From Octopus bimaculoides (taxonomy: Eukaryota): a stretch of 64,000 nucleotides of DNA. The stretch is taken from NCBI RefSeq assembly GCF_001194135.2, contig NC_068984.1, forward strand, positions 30,589,362 to 30,653,361. Reading direction: 5' to 3'. Below, one piece after another: positions 1-11,676 of the stretch; positions within the stretch are counted from its first letter, which is position 1, and every line of letters begins with the position of its first letter. A program made the position numbers and the translations under genes. The notes under the pieces are model-generated. The model had not been told where the DNA came from, searched no databases, and saw nothing but the letters and a program-made list of their open reading frames with translations.

Positions 1-272
1 GAGATCGTTGCCAGTGCCCCTAGACTGGCCTGTGAGGGTGGCACATAAAAGACACCATTTCGAGCGTGGCCGTTTTCGTGCGGGTGACACGTAAAAGCAC
101 CCACTACACTCTCTGAGTGGTTGGCGTTAGGAAGGGCATCCAGCTGTAGAAACTCTGCCAAATTAGATTGGAGCCTGGTGTTGCCATCCGGTTTCACCAG
201 TCCTCAGTCAAATCGTCCAACCCATGCTAGCATGGAAAGCGGACGTTAAACGATGATGATGATGATGATGAT
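1..272 (+). mobile_element. RTE-clade LINE 3' UTR and (GAT)n tail (repeat family A)
   Basis: Near-identical to the sequence downstream of the RTE-like ORF end at 11928-12360 (…TTGGCGTTAGGAAGGGCATCCAGCTGTAGAAAC…CATGCTAGCATGGAAAGCGGACGTTAAAC) and ends in (GAT)n. Confidence 0.85.
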
Positions 273-800
273 ATATATATATACACATACACATACACAC
301 TCACACATACATTCATGTATATGTATATATATGAGACCCAGTATAACATTCACTCAGTTTGCTCTCCAAAATGGTTGTTTTAGGAAGGTAATCCCATCAT
401 GGATATCCTGCAAGACAAAACATTCAAGCAAGACATTATCCTCTGATCTATCCAGAAGGAAATATTTCCAAATAAAAACTCTTTTGGACAGTGATGGCCT
501 TCAAAACCCTTGTTACCATGAAGATGATGTTGAATGATAACAACAAAAAGACAACAACAATGATGATGATGGTAGTGATGATTATGATGATGATAGGTTG
601 TCAATAGCTGTTTTTATATTAACACGCTCAACTTGTTTCTATCCAGTTCCATTTTTGTTGTCACTTAGCCTCAAATCTACTTTGACCAATTACATCAAAG
701 ATGAAATGCATTCAAGATAGAACTGGTCTATCAATTCAATATGGTAAAGATGTGTGGCTCCTAATACTATAAGAACAAGTGGAAACACAAAATCACCTCA

Positions 801-970
801 TTGCTTGAAAAGAAATTGCTGCAGGACCTCCTCACGGTTTGAATGCAATTTGCTACAGAAACTTCATGTCTGCTTGATCATAAATTGCTGAAAAAATCTC
901 CTTGCTTTTGAACAAAAATTGCTGCAGAATCTTCCCATTACTTCAACACAAATTGCTATTGTTTTCCAAA
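801..970. repeat. Degenerate ~34-bp tandem repeat, about 5 units
   Basis: AA(A/T)TTGCT core at 813, 847, 882, 916 and 950 (spacing 34, 35, 34, 34). The units also share TTGA/TTCA upstream and GCAGAA-like sequence downstream. Confidence 0.7.
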
Positions 971-1491
971 CTATCTGTTACACGCATTTTTATGGGATGT
1001 GTGGTAAAAGAAAAAAAAAATGAGCAAACATTTTCACTTTTCCAACTGTTTGTTAATAAATGTTCTCATTTGTCAATGTTGTTTTGCTTTCAATGTATAA
1101 TGTAAGGTGAATAAAGCTAAGTTTATTTTCCTAAACCAGTGTGGCTTAACTCAGTGATACGCGATAACCCATCTTATATCTCTTAAATAAACAGTATGGG
1201 AAATATAGGTGAACTGTATGTATACACTCCACACTATGTATGTAGATACCTGTGCATGTGTGTGTGTATCTGAATATATATTTATATATTTGCATTCAAC
1301 TGTACATATATGCATATACACTGCTCTCTCTCTCTCTCTCACGATATATATATATATATATATACATACATACATAGATCATCATTTAATGTCCATTTCC
1401 CATATTGGTATGGGTTGGACACACACACAAAGACACACATTAATACATATGTGTATATATATATGTATGTATATATATATATATATATATA

Positions 1492-1905
1492 NNNNNNNNN
1501 NNNNNNNNNNNNNNNNNNNNNNNNNNNNNNNNNNNNNNNNNNNNNNNNNNNNNNNNNNNNNNNNNNNNNNNNNNNNNNNNNNNNNNNNNNNNNNNNNNNN
1601 NNNNNNNNNNNNNNNNNNNNNNNNNNNNNNNNNNNNNNNNNNNNNNNNNNNNNNNNNNNNNNNNNNNNNNNNNNNNNNNNNNNNNNNNNNNNNNNNNNNN
1701 NNNNNNNNNNNNNNNNNNNNNNNNNNNNNNNNNNNNNNNNNNNNNNNNNNNNNNNNNNNNNNNNNNNNNNNNNNNNNNNNNNNNNNNNNNNNNNNNNNNN
1801 NNNNNNNNNNNNNNNNNNNNNNNNNNNNNNNNNNNNNNNNNNNNNNNNNNNNNNNNNNNNNNNNNNNNNNNNNNNNNNNNNNNNNNNNNNNNNNNNNNNN
1901 NNNNN
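1492..1905. other. Assembly gap (N run) flanked by (TA)n
   Basis: N run. Shorter N runs occur at 15746-15779, 30543-30552, 47890-47899 and 51728-51737, mostly next to microsatellites. Confidence 0.99.
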
Positions 1906-3372
1906 ATATATATATATATATATCGGTTAGTAACACACACACACACACACACATATGTATTGAATGAGGGAGAGAGATTTATAAATATAGGTTTCAATGG
2001 GGAATAGATGACATAAGAGTGTATATGTAAACATATGCTTGTGTACTGTTTGTGAGAAGTGATATTAAGCGAGAAGCACAACAAAATCTATTACCCTGAA
2101 TAGACTTCAGAGGAAATGTAGTCTTGTTAGATTTCAATGGAAAATGGTGAAACTCATGATTTTAACTTATGAAAGTAAATGTATTTGGCCAAAGATTATA
2201 TGATACTGTGGCCACTAGGATATGGTGGGAGATTGGCAGATGCACAATAAATGAACGCCTGGTTTACTTCAGTACACGTGTAACCTCCAATATCAAAATA
2301 AGACATGTGTTCAATATAGGAAATTGAATCTTCTTTCTATTGAATATATTGTCCTCCAATATTTGTTTTGCAAATTACCTGTGAAGGTTGGATAATTATA
2401 AAGTGGCATTTCTCAACCAACGAGATATCAGTTTGTAAATTTTTTTTTTTTTTATCTTGTTTCAGTAGCTGCCAGGGAAAGTGAGTAAATATAGTTGGAT
2501 GCAGGATAAATAATTAGCTCATTGCTGCATCTACAATCCTTTTCCATCACTTTTTCTTCCTCATGCATATTTTGTACTTGACTGTATGTTTCAAAAAGCA
2601 TAAACAGATTTACATAATCTTATACTTTGTTTCCTGGCTATTTATTATCACAAATATTACAAATTCATATATATACATATTTATGTATATGTATATCATA
2701 TATATGTGTGTGTATGTATATATGAATGAATATATGGATGAATGTGTGCATATATACATATATATATATGTGGGATATGTATCCACTAACCTATGCATGT
2801 GTAAAAATATATAAATATAGGCATTGAGAAACTGACAAAGATACAGAGAAAGATGCAGGTAGAAAGATAAATGGGATTTTGATGATTATTATAATTGTTA
2901 TTTGCAGTAGCCAAATATGGTAGAACGAAGCTGATTAAACACATATGATCATATTCTTGTTGGAAATATAATCAATCTTTATAAGCAACACTCATACATT
3001 CACACACACATACACAAACATACTTACTCACATGTATGTATGTATTACATTATGTTGATGGTACATATGATTACGAAGCGGTATATGATGAAAGATTTAT
3101 ATAAGAAAAAATATATTAGTTTTTCCTTTGCACTCTGAGAAAACTTGCCAGCAGTGAGATTTGTTGTTTTCACATTGACTACCTGAAAGTGATGTTATGT
3201 GGATAGTTTTATTCCCTAAAGATAACAAACTTTGTTACTGCTAATAGTGTAAAAGTGAAAAATGAGGTAAAGAGAAATAAAACTACAGTTGCTGCACTGG
3301 TTACCACTGTAAGTCTATATTACATAAAAGTGATATAGGATTTGGTCATGCAAGATTCATTATAGATAAATA

Positions 3373-4075
3373 TTGGGTCATCCCATAAAGAATGCAGTTT
3401 TTTTCAATTGCATGAACTAAAAGCCAGAGGAGAACAGGAGAATCTACCTGCATCATCTTGCTATAGAAGCAGGTAGTAATTTTACCTTGTCCTCATTCTT
3501 AGTGCAAGTTTTGAAGAGTGCTTTTCGATTTTAACTTATTTTTTCGAAGCTATAATGGAAGTGACAAAGGAGCATATTCAGCATATTTTGCTTTATGAGT
3601 TCAATAAAGGCAACAAGGCAACAAAAAGTGCAAGGAATATTAATGCATGATATGGAGATCAGACAATAAGCGTAAGCCAGTGTCAAGAGTGGTTCCAGAA
3701 AATCCAAGCCCGAAACTACAGCCTAGAAGATGAGCCTCATTCTGCAAGCCCTGGTGGAACAAAATCCCATCGTAACTGTTGAAGAACTAGCAGAGAAGCT
3801 TGGATTTTGTCATTCAACTATTCATCGACATCTGCACAGTCAGAAAATTGGGTCAATGAGTTCTTCAAAAACTCTTCGAGTCTAATCACATGCAGAGAGT
3901 GAATGAGTGCTCTTCTTTCCTCTCATGTCTCACGAATGAACCATTTTTGGACCGAATCGTCACTGGTGATGAGAAATGGGTTCTCTATATAAATGTCAAG
4001 TGCTGAAGACCGTGGGTCTAGAAAAGAGAAACACTAGCAACCCAGGCAAAAGAAGGTCTTCACCCATGTAAGAAA
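3373..4075 (+). mobile_element. Mariner transposon 5' part with transposase pseudogene
   Basis: From ATG 3555 it reads MEVTKEHIQHILLYEFNKG…SLEDEPHS…TVEELAEKLGFCHSTIHRHL…FLDRIVTGDEKWVLY, with stops and frameshifts. This is a mariner HTH plus the first catalytic D motif (TGDEKW). A TA and TIR-like TTGGGTCATCCCATAA lie at 3371-3388. It is cut off by a family A tail. Confidence 0.88.
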
Positions 4076-4079
4076 CCTT

Positions 4080-4224
4080 GCCATATCAGATCAGAACCCC
4101 TAGCTTACCAGTCTTCAATCAAACCATCCAACCCATGCCAGCATGGAAAGCTGACGTTAAACGATGATGATGATGGTGATGATGATGATGATGATGGTGA
4201 TGATGAGGATGATGATGATGATGA

Positions 4225-4227
<3 letters not shown>
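4080..4227 (+). mobile_element. Short family A (RTE-type) tail fragment
   Basis: CCAACCCATGCCAGCATGGAAAGCTGACGTTAAAC followed by (GAT)n. Confidence 0.75.
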
Positions 4228-4269
<42 letters not shown>

Positions 4270-4707
4270 AGTGAGTAGTATAAGAGATAGATTCAGAGCA
4301 TTTTGTGGCTATCGCAGAAAGCTCTACTTACTGATTAAACTAGTAGTCTGCATAGTAATCTAGTACAGAGAAGCAGGAAGTAGAATGTCCATGCAGCTGA
4401 AATCCAGTAGATCTGATCAATGAAATTATTTCATGTGGAGTATACAAGCCATAAAAAGTCAAGAGGTATGAGAGGTGGATATATTTAATTAACCACTTGA
4501 CATTCTAAGGATTATGGCCATTTCACAACCTTCTTCATATAGAACTAATTTCTGTGTGGAATAAATTATGCTTACAGGTTTGCATTAATATGCATGCTTG
4601 ATATTATACAATACAATTGTATATTCACTGATCAATGCAAGGTAGCTCATCAGGTCACCAGAACATCACAGTTACACCAATGATTTAATTCAAAGTATAT
4701 ACGCAAA

Positions 4708-4777
<70 letters not shown>

Positions 4778-5573
4778 ATGCATATATCTCCAGTTATCCG
4801 TTCTCCATTTATATATATATATTTTATATAGTTCTTAAGCTGTTTATTTTTATATTTACTTTAACTTTTTCCCTTCCTCTTTTTATCATGTAGAATCTTA
4901 ATTTCTTAATTTATATGAAACAACATATTTTCATTTTTACTGACCAAACAAAGCTGATTTTATGTAGTCTCAGCCTTCCATACATCGTAAATATAAAGAG
5001 AAAATTGTGTGTGTATATTTAAAGTTGAATCATTAGTTTAACCATAATGTTCTAGTAATCTGACGAGCTAGCTTTTCTTGTTTGTAGAGATTTGTGAAGA
5101 TTTTCTTATTTGCAGCGATTTGCAAAGCATACATATTAATATGAACATGTAAGCATAATTTCTATCTCATTGAATTTATTGCATGAAAATGTCCATGAAA
5201 TGGCCATAATCAAGTGGTTAAATAAATGTTTCCACCTTTCATACATTCTAGCTTTTTATGGTTTATATACACACATACAGAGGCAGGCATACGAAGTTTA
5301 GACAAATGGATTTGAAATGAATGACTACTTAGTCACTTAATGTCTGTTTTTCTACACAAACATGGATTAGATGAAGAGTTATTTGAATCAAGTATTTACA
5401 CCTTGATGCTCTTACTATCACCAATCCTTACTTGTTTTTCAAGTAAAGATTTTTTTTTCAGGGACTTTCAAAGCATAAGGAGACAGGCCATAATATCAAT
5501 AAGAAATGTCAACAACATCACTCTTTTGCTTACGTGATAACAAGCATAGGATAACAATGTTCACACACATTTG

Positions 5574-5575
<2 letters not shown>

Positions 5576-5636
<61 letters not shown>
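5576..5636. repeat. (CA)n microsatellite
   Basis: Pure dinucleotide run. Confidence 0.97.
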
Positions 5637-5638
<2 letters not shown>

Positions 5639-5654
5639 TAGGGTTCTTACTGTT

Positions 5655-5891
5655 TCTTATTTCTTTATTGCCCACAGGGGGCTAAACATAGAGGGGACAA
5701 ACAAGGACAGACAAAAGGTTTAAGTCGATTACATCGACCCCAGTGCGTAACTGGTACTTAATTTATCGACCACGAAAAGATGAAAGGCAAAGTCAACCCC
5801 AGCAGAATTTTAACTCAGAATGTAACGACAGACAAAATACCGCTAAGCATTATGCTTGGCATGCTAATGTTACTGCCAGCTCGTCACCTTT
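5655..5891 (-). mobile_element. tRNA-derived SINE, family B (Nin/Sauria-like central domain)
   Basis: Homologous to copies at 16589, 16830 and 22554. The family has a B-box-like GAGTTCAAATTCC and a GTCGACTTTGCCTTTCATC…AAGTACCAG core. The resemblance to the Nin-type SINE domain is from memory. Confidence 0.8.
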
Positions 5892-5958
5892 CTTGCTGTT
5901 TCTGTCTACCAAATTCACTTATAAAGATTGATCAGCCCAGGGCTACAGTAGAAAATAC

Positions 5959-5992
<34 letters not shown>

Positions 5993-6089
5993 TTATTTCT
6001 ATTTTTTCCTATTTGCATGTGTTGGGTGGATCTCTACATTTCTTCACTTATAGCTGTTTCTTATTGTCTCTTTTATGAGCTTCAACAAC

Positions 6090-6370
6090 CTTAGCTCTAC
6101 TTTTAGCACCAAATACATCTCTACCCAATGCTCAACCACCATATGCATTACTTACTTACCTGCACCAAGGGCAGTTTTCACTGTTGCAAATCACATCCAA
6201 TTCCCCTTATACTCAATTTTATGTGGCCTATCTTACATCCCACTCTATCATCACACATCTAGTAGAGCATACTCTTTCCAATTCTTCCAGTCTCTACATG
6301 TCCACTACATTAAATACCAATCTTTCACTACCATGTATCATCACACTTGTTTTCGATATTTATGTTATTT
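6090..6370 (-). pseudogene. Highly degraded RTE LINE ORF2 C-terminal fragment
   Basis: The minus strand reads VMIHGSE… followed by residues alignable by eye to the RTE HGSETW…RLRWYGHV region. The + strand 120-aa ORF is its antisense shadow. Confidence 0.5.
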
Positions 6371-8024
6371 ATGTGTGCTGCACCATTGCAGATATCAGAA
6401 CACTATATTAATAAACTCAAAAACGGATATCACTTGAGAAGCACAGGATGTCAGTAGCTCATCATTAATGAGTTGTTTTTGGCTCCTATATGAAAGCTTA
6501 CTTGTTTTGAAATAACTTTGCTACTGTTATATTTAAACAGCACCACACCCATGATTTTCAAAGACGTTTTTCATGTTCACTGTTGTCAAAGCATGAAATA
6601 AACTATGTGTGTCAACTGTTGGCTGTCAAAGCACTGCATCCTTCAAAGATTCCATGCTTCCCAAATTTGCTCTCAGATTACTCCTGATGTGCCTATGTTC
6701 CCTTTTCTCTCTATGATTTTCTTGAAGTTCACTGTTCTGTTTTTTAATGTTTTAATCTGTGTGTTGTCCATGTAATAGTAGCTTTCATTGTTGTCTTTCT
6801 TTACTTGTTTGATTTTTGTCCCCTCTTTTTTTAATATTTTCTGATGAGTTACAGTGCACATGAGTACTATGTACAGTAAGCTCATCATCATCATTATTAT
6901 TGAGGGTATCATAAAAGTCTACCGGAGATTCAGAGACGTAACAAACAGGATTTCATTGAGGTTGTTGTTTTTTAGTTGTTAGAATGCATTATTTTGTTTA
7001 TCACTGACAAGAATAAATAACTCCACCAACTGTCTTTGTGCTCTTGATGTGAAAATTGCTTTTGAGGTCTCTGTTCATGGAAATAATGGATTCCAAGCTT
7101 AAAATGACTTAATTGTTAATGGTTGACATCTGTGAAGAAGGTAAAGAAAGGTTTTCTGCATGTCATTATTTGTTGTAGAATGTAACAGATCATTGATATG
7201 CTGAAGGAAATATATAGGAGAAGTAAGTAAACTTTGGATTACAACAAAGTTTTTAAAATGTGTCTCAGAGAAGGCCACATCACAACATGCTGTGATGGAG
7301 AGGTGTCTTAGTAAAGATAAAGATGTCTATGTATCCCCTAGGTAGACCATTTAACAAGTAGGCTCTCATGCTAGAGAAGCTTTACTGATATCATAAGCCA
7401 CAGCATATCTCAAATACAAGACATAACTTGTGTATGACATAGGAGAGCCAGTTTCTTGTAATGCTAGCTCTTTGTAATCTGTACTGGACCGAAGAGAGGT
7501 AGGATCATTTTAAAGTAACACAATAAACGTGCTTCTTAGTTGTAAACCCCCAATTTTCAATAGTTCAGTCTACATAACTATCTAGATACCACAGCTCTCA
7601 TTTGATTGTAATAGCACTTAAAAATTGAGGAGTGTGTATCGTTAATCGTACAATTCTAAACACAATTCCTCCCATAGATATAGTCTCTTCTCTTCAGGCA
7701 ATATTTATGGAGGCTACATTTGAGTTGCCCTTATTGAGAGAAAGTTTACAATGATGTCCACATGAAACCATTTGCATTTGTTGATAATTCTAATGATATT
7801 AGGGAAAGTATGAATATTACTAAATTATATATTTTTTGTTTAATAAATATAAGTGGCTATGACTCAGTAACAAGATATTGTAAGTGTATAGTTTCAATAT
7901 AATTTTGTGAGACCATTCAATATCAACATCTAAATTTGGCATAAGGCCATAAAATTTTAAATATCTTTCCAATTTAACTAGCATTTATCTTAATGAGGGA
8001 ACTTCTGTGCGGATACTGGAACTT

Positions 8025-8190
8025 CCAGAAATACTAGCTAAATCTCCCCCAAATCACATTCTTATTGACTTAAAATGGGAGGACATTGGATTATACAGTC
8101 TTTAGATATGCTATGCTGGAAAATAAGTGGAAATGATTATAGCAGGGATACCTTTGATCTTACAACTGACCTAGGGCTAAACAACGGCAA
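8025..8190 (+). mobile_element. Old dispersed repeat, family D (…AAATCTCCCCCAAATCACA…GGGCTAAACAAC)
   Basis: Diverged similar segments at ~20300-20480 (-), ~21610-21690 (+), ~42225-42360 (+) and ~57585-57730 (-). Confidence 0.45.
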
Positions 8191-8887
8191 GCAAGGAAAT
8201 ATGAAAATCCAAAAGTGAACTTTCGTTGATTTTGAACACAGAATTTTGAAGAGATGGAAGTCGTAATAAACAGCAGCAGTTACTGTATTCAGCATTCAAC
8301 CAATTCTACTATCAACTGCCCTTAAAAAGAATTCTATTAAATAATAAGGGAAATGTCTAAAATATGCACATTAAAATGAAAAGCAGCTTTAAATAAAAAA
8401 AAAAATAGTTCCTTCTGTTTTGAAGAGATTTGAAATTAAGTCTCAATATATCTATAAAAATTGAGCCTAATTAACATATCTTGTAAACAAGTTTGATAGC
8501 TTTCCTTCTTGTCCATTTCCTCCTCCTCCTCCTCCTCATCATCATCATCGTAGTCGTTGTCATCATCATCATCATCATCACCATCATCGTTGTCGTCGTC
8601 GTCGTCATCACTATTATCATTTACTTTTATTTCTTTTCTTTCTTCTTAATGCAAGCTTAATATATTTAATTATGCATAGAAATAGTTTGTATTGAATAGT
8701 GAAATCAATAGAATATGTAGACAATCATCATCAGTCGTCGTCCTGCTACAGCTGAAAGAGTTTTAAGAAAACCAAACGAAAACAAACAGAAGTAAAAAAA
8801 CGTTATCTTGGAAGGGAAATACTCAAACAGATACAACAGGTAACAACTGCAACATTACTGTTAACACTGATGTTGCTGCTGCCATCT

Positions 8888-8933
<46 letters not shown>

Positions 8934-9014
8934 AACTACTACTACTGCTACTGCCACTACTACTACTACTACTACCACTACTACTTCTACTACTACTACT
9001 GCTACTGCTGCTGT

Positions 9015-9057
<43 letters not shown>

Positions 9058-9059
9058 GC

Positions 9060-9144
<85 letters not shown>

Positions 9145-9290
9145 GCCACTACTACTACTACCACTACTACTACTACTGCTGCTACTACTACTACTGCTGC
9201 TGGTACCACCACCACCACTACTGCTGCTGGTGGTACCACTGCCACCACCACCACCACCACTACTACTAAAACTTCTGCAGCTGCTACTAC
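8888..9290. repeat. Compound trinucleotide tract (CTA/CTG/CCA)n
   Basis: About 400 bp of interleaved triplets, which produce the poly-L, poly-S and poly-V ORFs. Confidence 0.95.
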
Positions 9291-10024
9291 TCCTGCTTGT
9301 TGAAAAAAAGCAACTCAAGTTTTGTCATGTTCAAGAAGACTGATAACAAATTGTCACCCGATGAGGCATATAACTGATTTAATCATTCCAGTAAATTAGT
9401 TGCTGGTATCCTTGTAAACCCTAATTAATGAGAAACAAAAGTCTGACTCTGTTACGATAAGATTTCAGAATGTAGAGAAACAAAACTTTATAGTGGCTTC
9501 AATATTTTGGTACACGGCCAACAATTTCAAGGGAGAGACATAAGCAGGAAATTAAAAACCAAAATCTCTTAGGCTGATAGGCTAATAAGCATAAGGGCTA
9601 CAATTTGATTCCTTAACTGGGGCTGCATTATGTGTTTGACCAAAGCACATAGTTTTACATAATTCCAGTCTAGTCAGCTGGATTGGGTGCCAGCTCAATT
9701 CTGATGTAATCCTTTCTCTTACTGGCTGTCCCATTCTGAATGTGATCTATTGGTACAAGAGTGAGAGGGCCGAGATTATGCCTATGTCTTTTGGCAACTA
9801 CAAAGTTACTTAAAAGACTAAGCAAATGTGTGGTATATGCTACCAAGTAGTCCCCGATAAGGCGACACTGGCAGCGATCATGCTCAAATGGTGCTTTTCA
9901 CGAGTCACTGGCATGGGATCCAATCTGTGGCCCTGGCAACAATCACGCTCAGATGCACAAACATATATATGTATGCATGTAAGTATGTATGTATGTATGT
10001 ATGTATGTATATATGTATGTATGA

Positions 10025-10184
10025 TAGGCTTCTTTCAGTCACTGTCTACCTAAGCAACTCACAAAGGCTTTAGTCAGCCCAAGGCTTATATTACAAGACA
10101 CTTACCCAAAGACGGAATCAGTGAGATTGAACCTGAATCCATGTGGTTGGGAAGCAAACTTGCTAACACACAGCCACACCTGCA
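10025..10184 (-). mobile_element. tRNA-derived CORE-like SINE head, family C
   Basis: The reverse complement reads GCAGGTGTGGCTGTGTG…GGTTCAATCTCACTG…TTGGGTAAGTGTCTT, matching copies at 15115-15273, 17733, 29140 and 32804. Confidence 0.75.
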
Positions 10185-10924
10185 CTTAATAGTTATTTTT
10201 GTTTTTGACTTGGTTAATTAAATTTGTTTACCACGAGGATGTATGATTATGAGCCAGAAGGATATGATGCTATTGTTGCTGGCTCTTTTATTCTCCCTTT
10301 CTCCTCTTCTTAATTCTTCTAGCAGTTAGTCTTCTGCCTTGCACCACCAATCTTGTGGTCTTTCCCCCTGCACCCACAACAATGGTACAGCTGCAGTAGA
10401 TTTCTGCAGTCTTTTAGTGTCAAGATTTTTACATCCATTGAGACCCCATCTAAACTAAAATTAAACACCTAAAAATATAATAATGATATATATATATAGA
10501 AAGTGCTAAGCATAATGAAACCCTCATTGACTACTTTATAACCACATCAAATTAAACTGCCTATTTATATAAACTTTATGGGAATTCATAATTTATTGTG
10601 AAATTTACCCCTATCAATACTAGTATATATTACCATTATTATGTTAAATGTAAGTTGATAATATTTAGAAAGTAAAAAAACCTCTATATATGTTATAAAT
10701 TTATTGAATCAACTAGTAAATGAAACTATTTACCACAATTAATAAAGGAAGAATACTTATCTGCATGTTTACTCTTTCTTTAACCTGTGCAAATGGCTGC
10801 ACCTTCTGTCCTGCACTAAGTTGTGGTCCTATTGGTAGAATCCAAAATTAGTAATAATAGTATTATATATATACACACACGCACACACATATATCAAAAT
10901 AAGCAACAGGATATCAAGAAGCGA

Positions 10925-11010
10925 TGCAGTACGACCGTTTTAAGTGACTCCATTTAACTGAACAATGCAATCATTACATTAATTTAAATGCAGGGCTATC
11001 ATCAGCTGCA
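10925..11010 (-). ncRNA. Hammerhead ribozyme-like motif with a G12>A lesion
   Basis: Minus strand: TGCAG-CTGATGA-(long stem II region)-AAAA-CGGTCG-TA-CTGCA. Stem I TGCAG/CTGCA pairs perfectly and stem III is A-CG..CG-T, but GAAA reads AAAA. Confidence 0.55.
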
Positions 11011-11188
11011 CAAATATAATTTCAGTCAGTTGGACACATTAATATAATTTTTCTCAAATACTCTGACAGTGCAAGAAGATAGAAGAAATGCATGTTCTTG
11101 AATGGATTTCTTCTATCTTCTTGCTCTGTTAAAGTATATGAAAAAAATTGTATTAATGTGTCCAACTGATTAAAATTCTATTTATTTG

Positions 11189-11274
11189 TGCAACTGATAA
11201 TAACCCTGCATTTAAATTGATGTAATGACTGCATTGTTCAATTAAACAGAGCCACTTGAAACGGTCGTAGTGCA
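11189..11274 (+). ncRNA. Hammerhead ribozyme-like motif with a G8>A lesion
   Basis: TGCAA-CTGATAA(11194-11200)-…-GAAA(11258-11261)-CGGTCG-TA-GTGCA. This is the mirror copy of the left-arm motif. Confidence 0.55.
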
Positions 11275-11514
11275 TCACTTCTTGATATCCTGTGCTTATT
11301 TTGCTTATATTCACCTTAATTTGAGCTGTGCGGATAATACCGGACTGACTTGGTACTTCAACTTAAGTACCTAATTCAACTGAATTTCAATTACTAATAT
11401 ATATATATATATATGCTCACACACACATATATATGCATATATGCACACACACACAAATATATATATTTGTGCACACACATGGACACACACACAAATATGT
11501 ATAGATATATATAA

Positions 11515-11562
<48 letters not shown>

Positions 11563-11676
11563 ATGTATGTATATATATGTATATTTAGATATATATATGT
11601 ATATATATATTATATAGATATATATGTATATGTACAAACACACACATGAACCTTTGTGTATGCATATTTATATATA

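Larger units (their letters stand above)
10889..11310. mobile_element. Long foldback (palindromic) element, ~205-bp arms and 8-nt loop, each arm carrying a hammerhead-like motif
   Basis: 10889-11093 is the reverse complement of 11102-11310 with scattered mismatches; the loop is 11094-11101. Confidence 0.9.

Noticed and set aside
188-207. CTGAGGA-CTGGT-GAAA-CCGG on the minus strand of the family A tail
   Set aside because: Stem II cannot form from 5 nt, the U16.1 position is A, and GAAA is not kept in other copies.
801-970. CRISPR-like periodicity
   Set aside because: Units are contiguous and degenerate with no repeat-spacer structure, there are no cas genes, and the context is eukaryotic.
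1151-2084. Long ORFs spanning N-gaps, and the many IYIY/THTH/VCVC ORFs across the window
   Set aside because: Artefacts of Ns and dinucleotide microsatellites.
8803-9343. 145-171-aa poly-Ser, poly-Val and poly-Leu ORFs
   Set aside because: They are translations of a compound trinucleotide tract, with no splice or homology support.
9356-9367. ACCCGATGAGGC shared with 26519-26530, resembling a hammerhead core variant
   Set aside because: No matching stem II/GAAA/stem III geometry; a 12-mer match is expected by chance in 64 kb.
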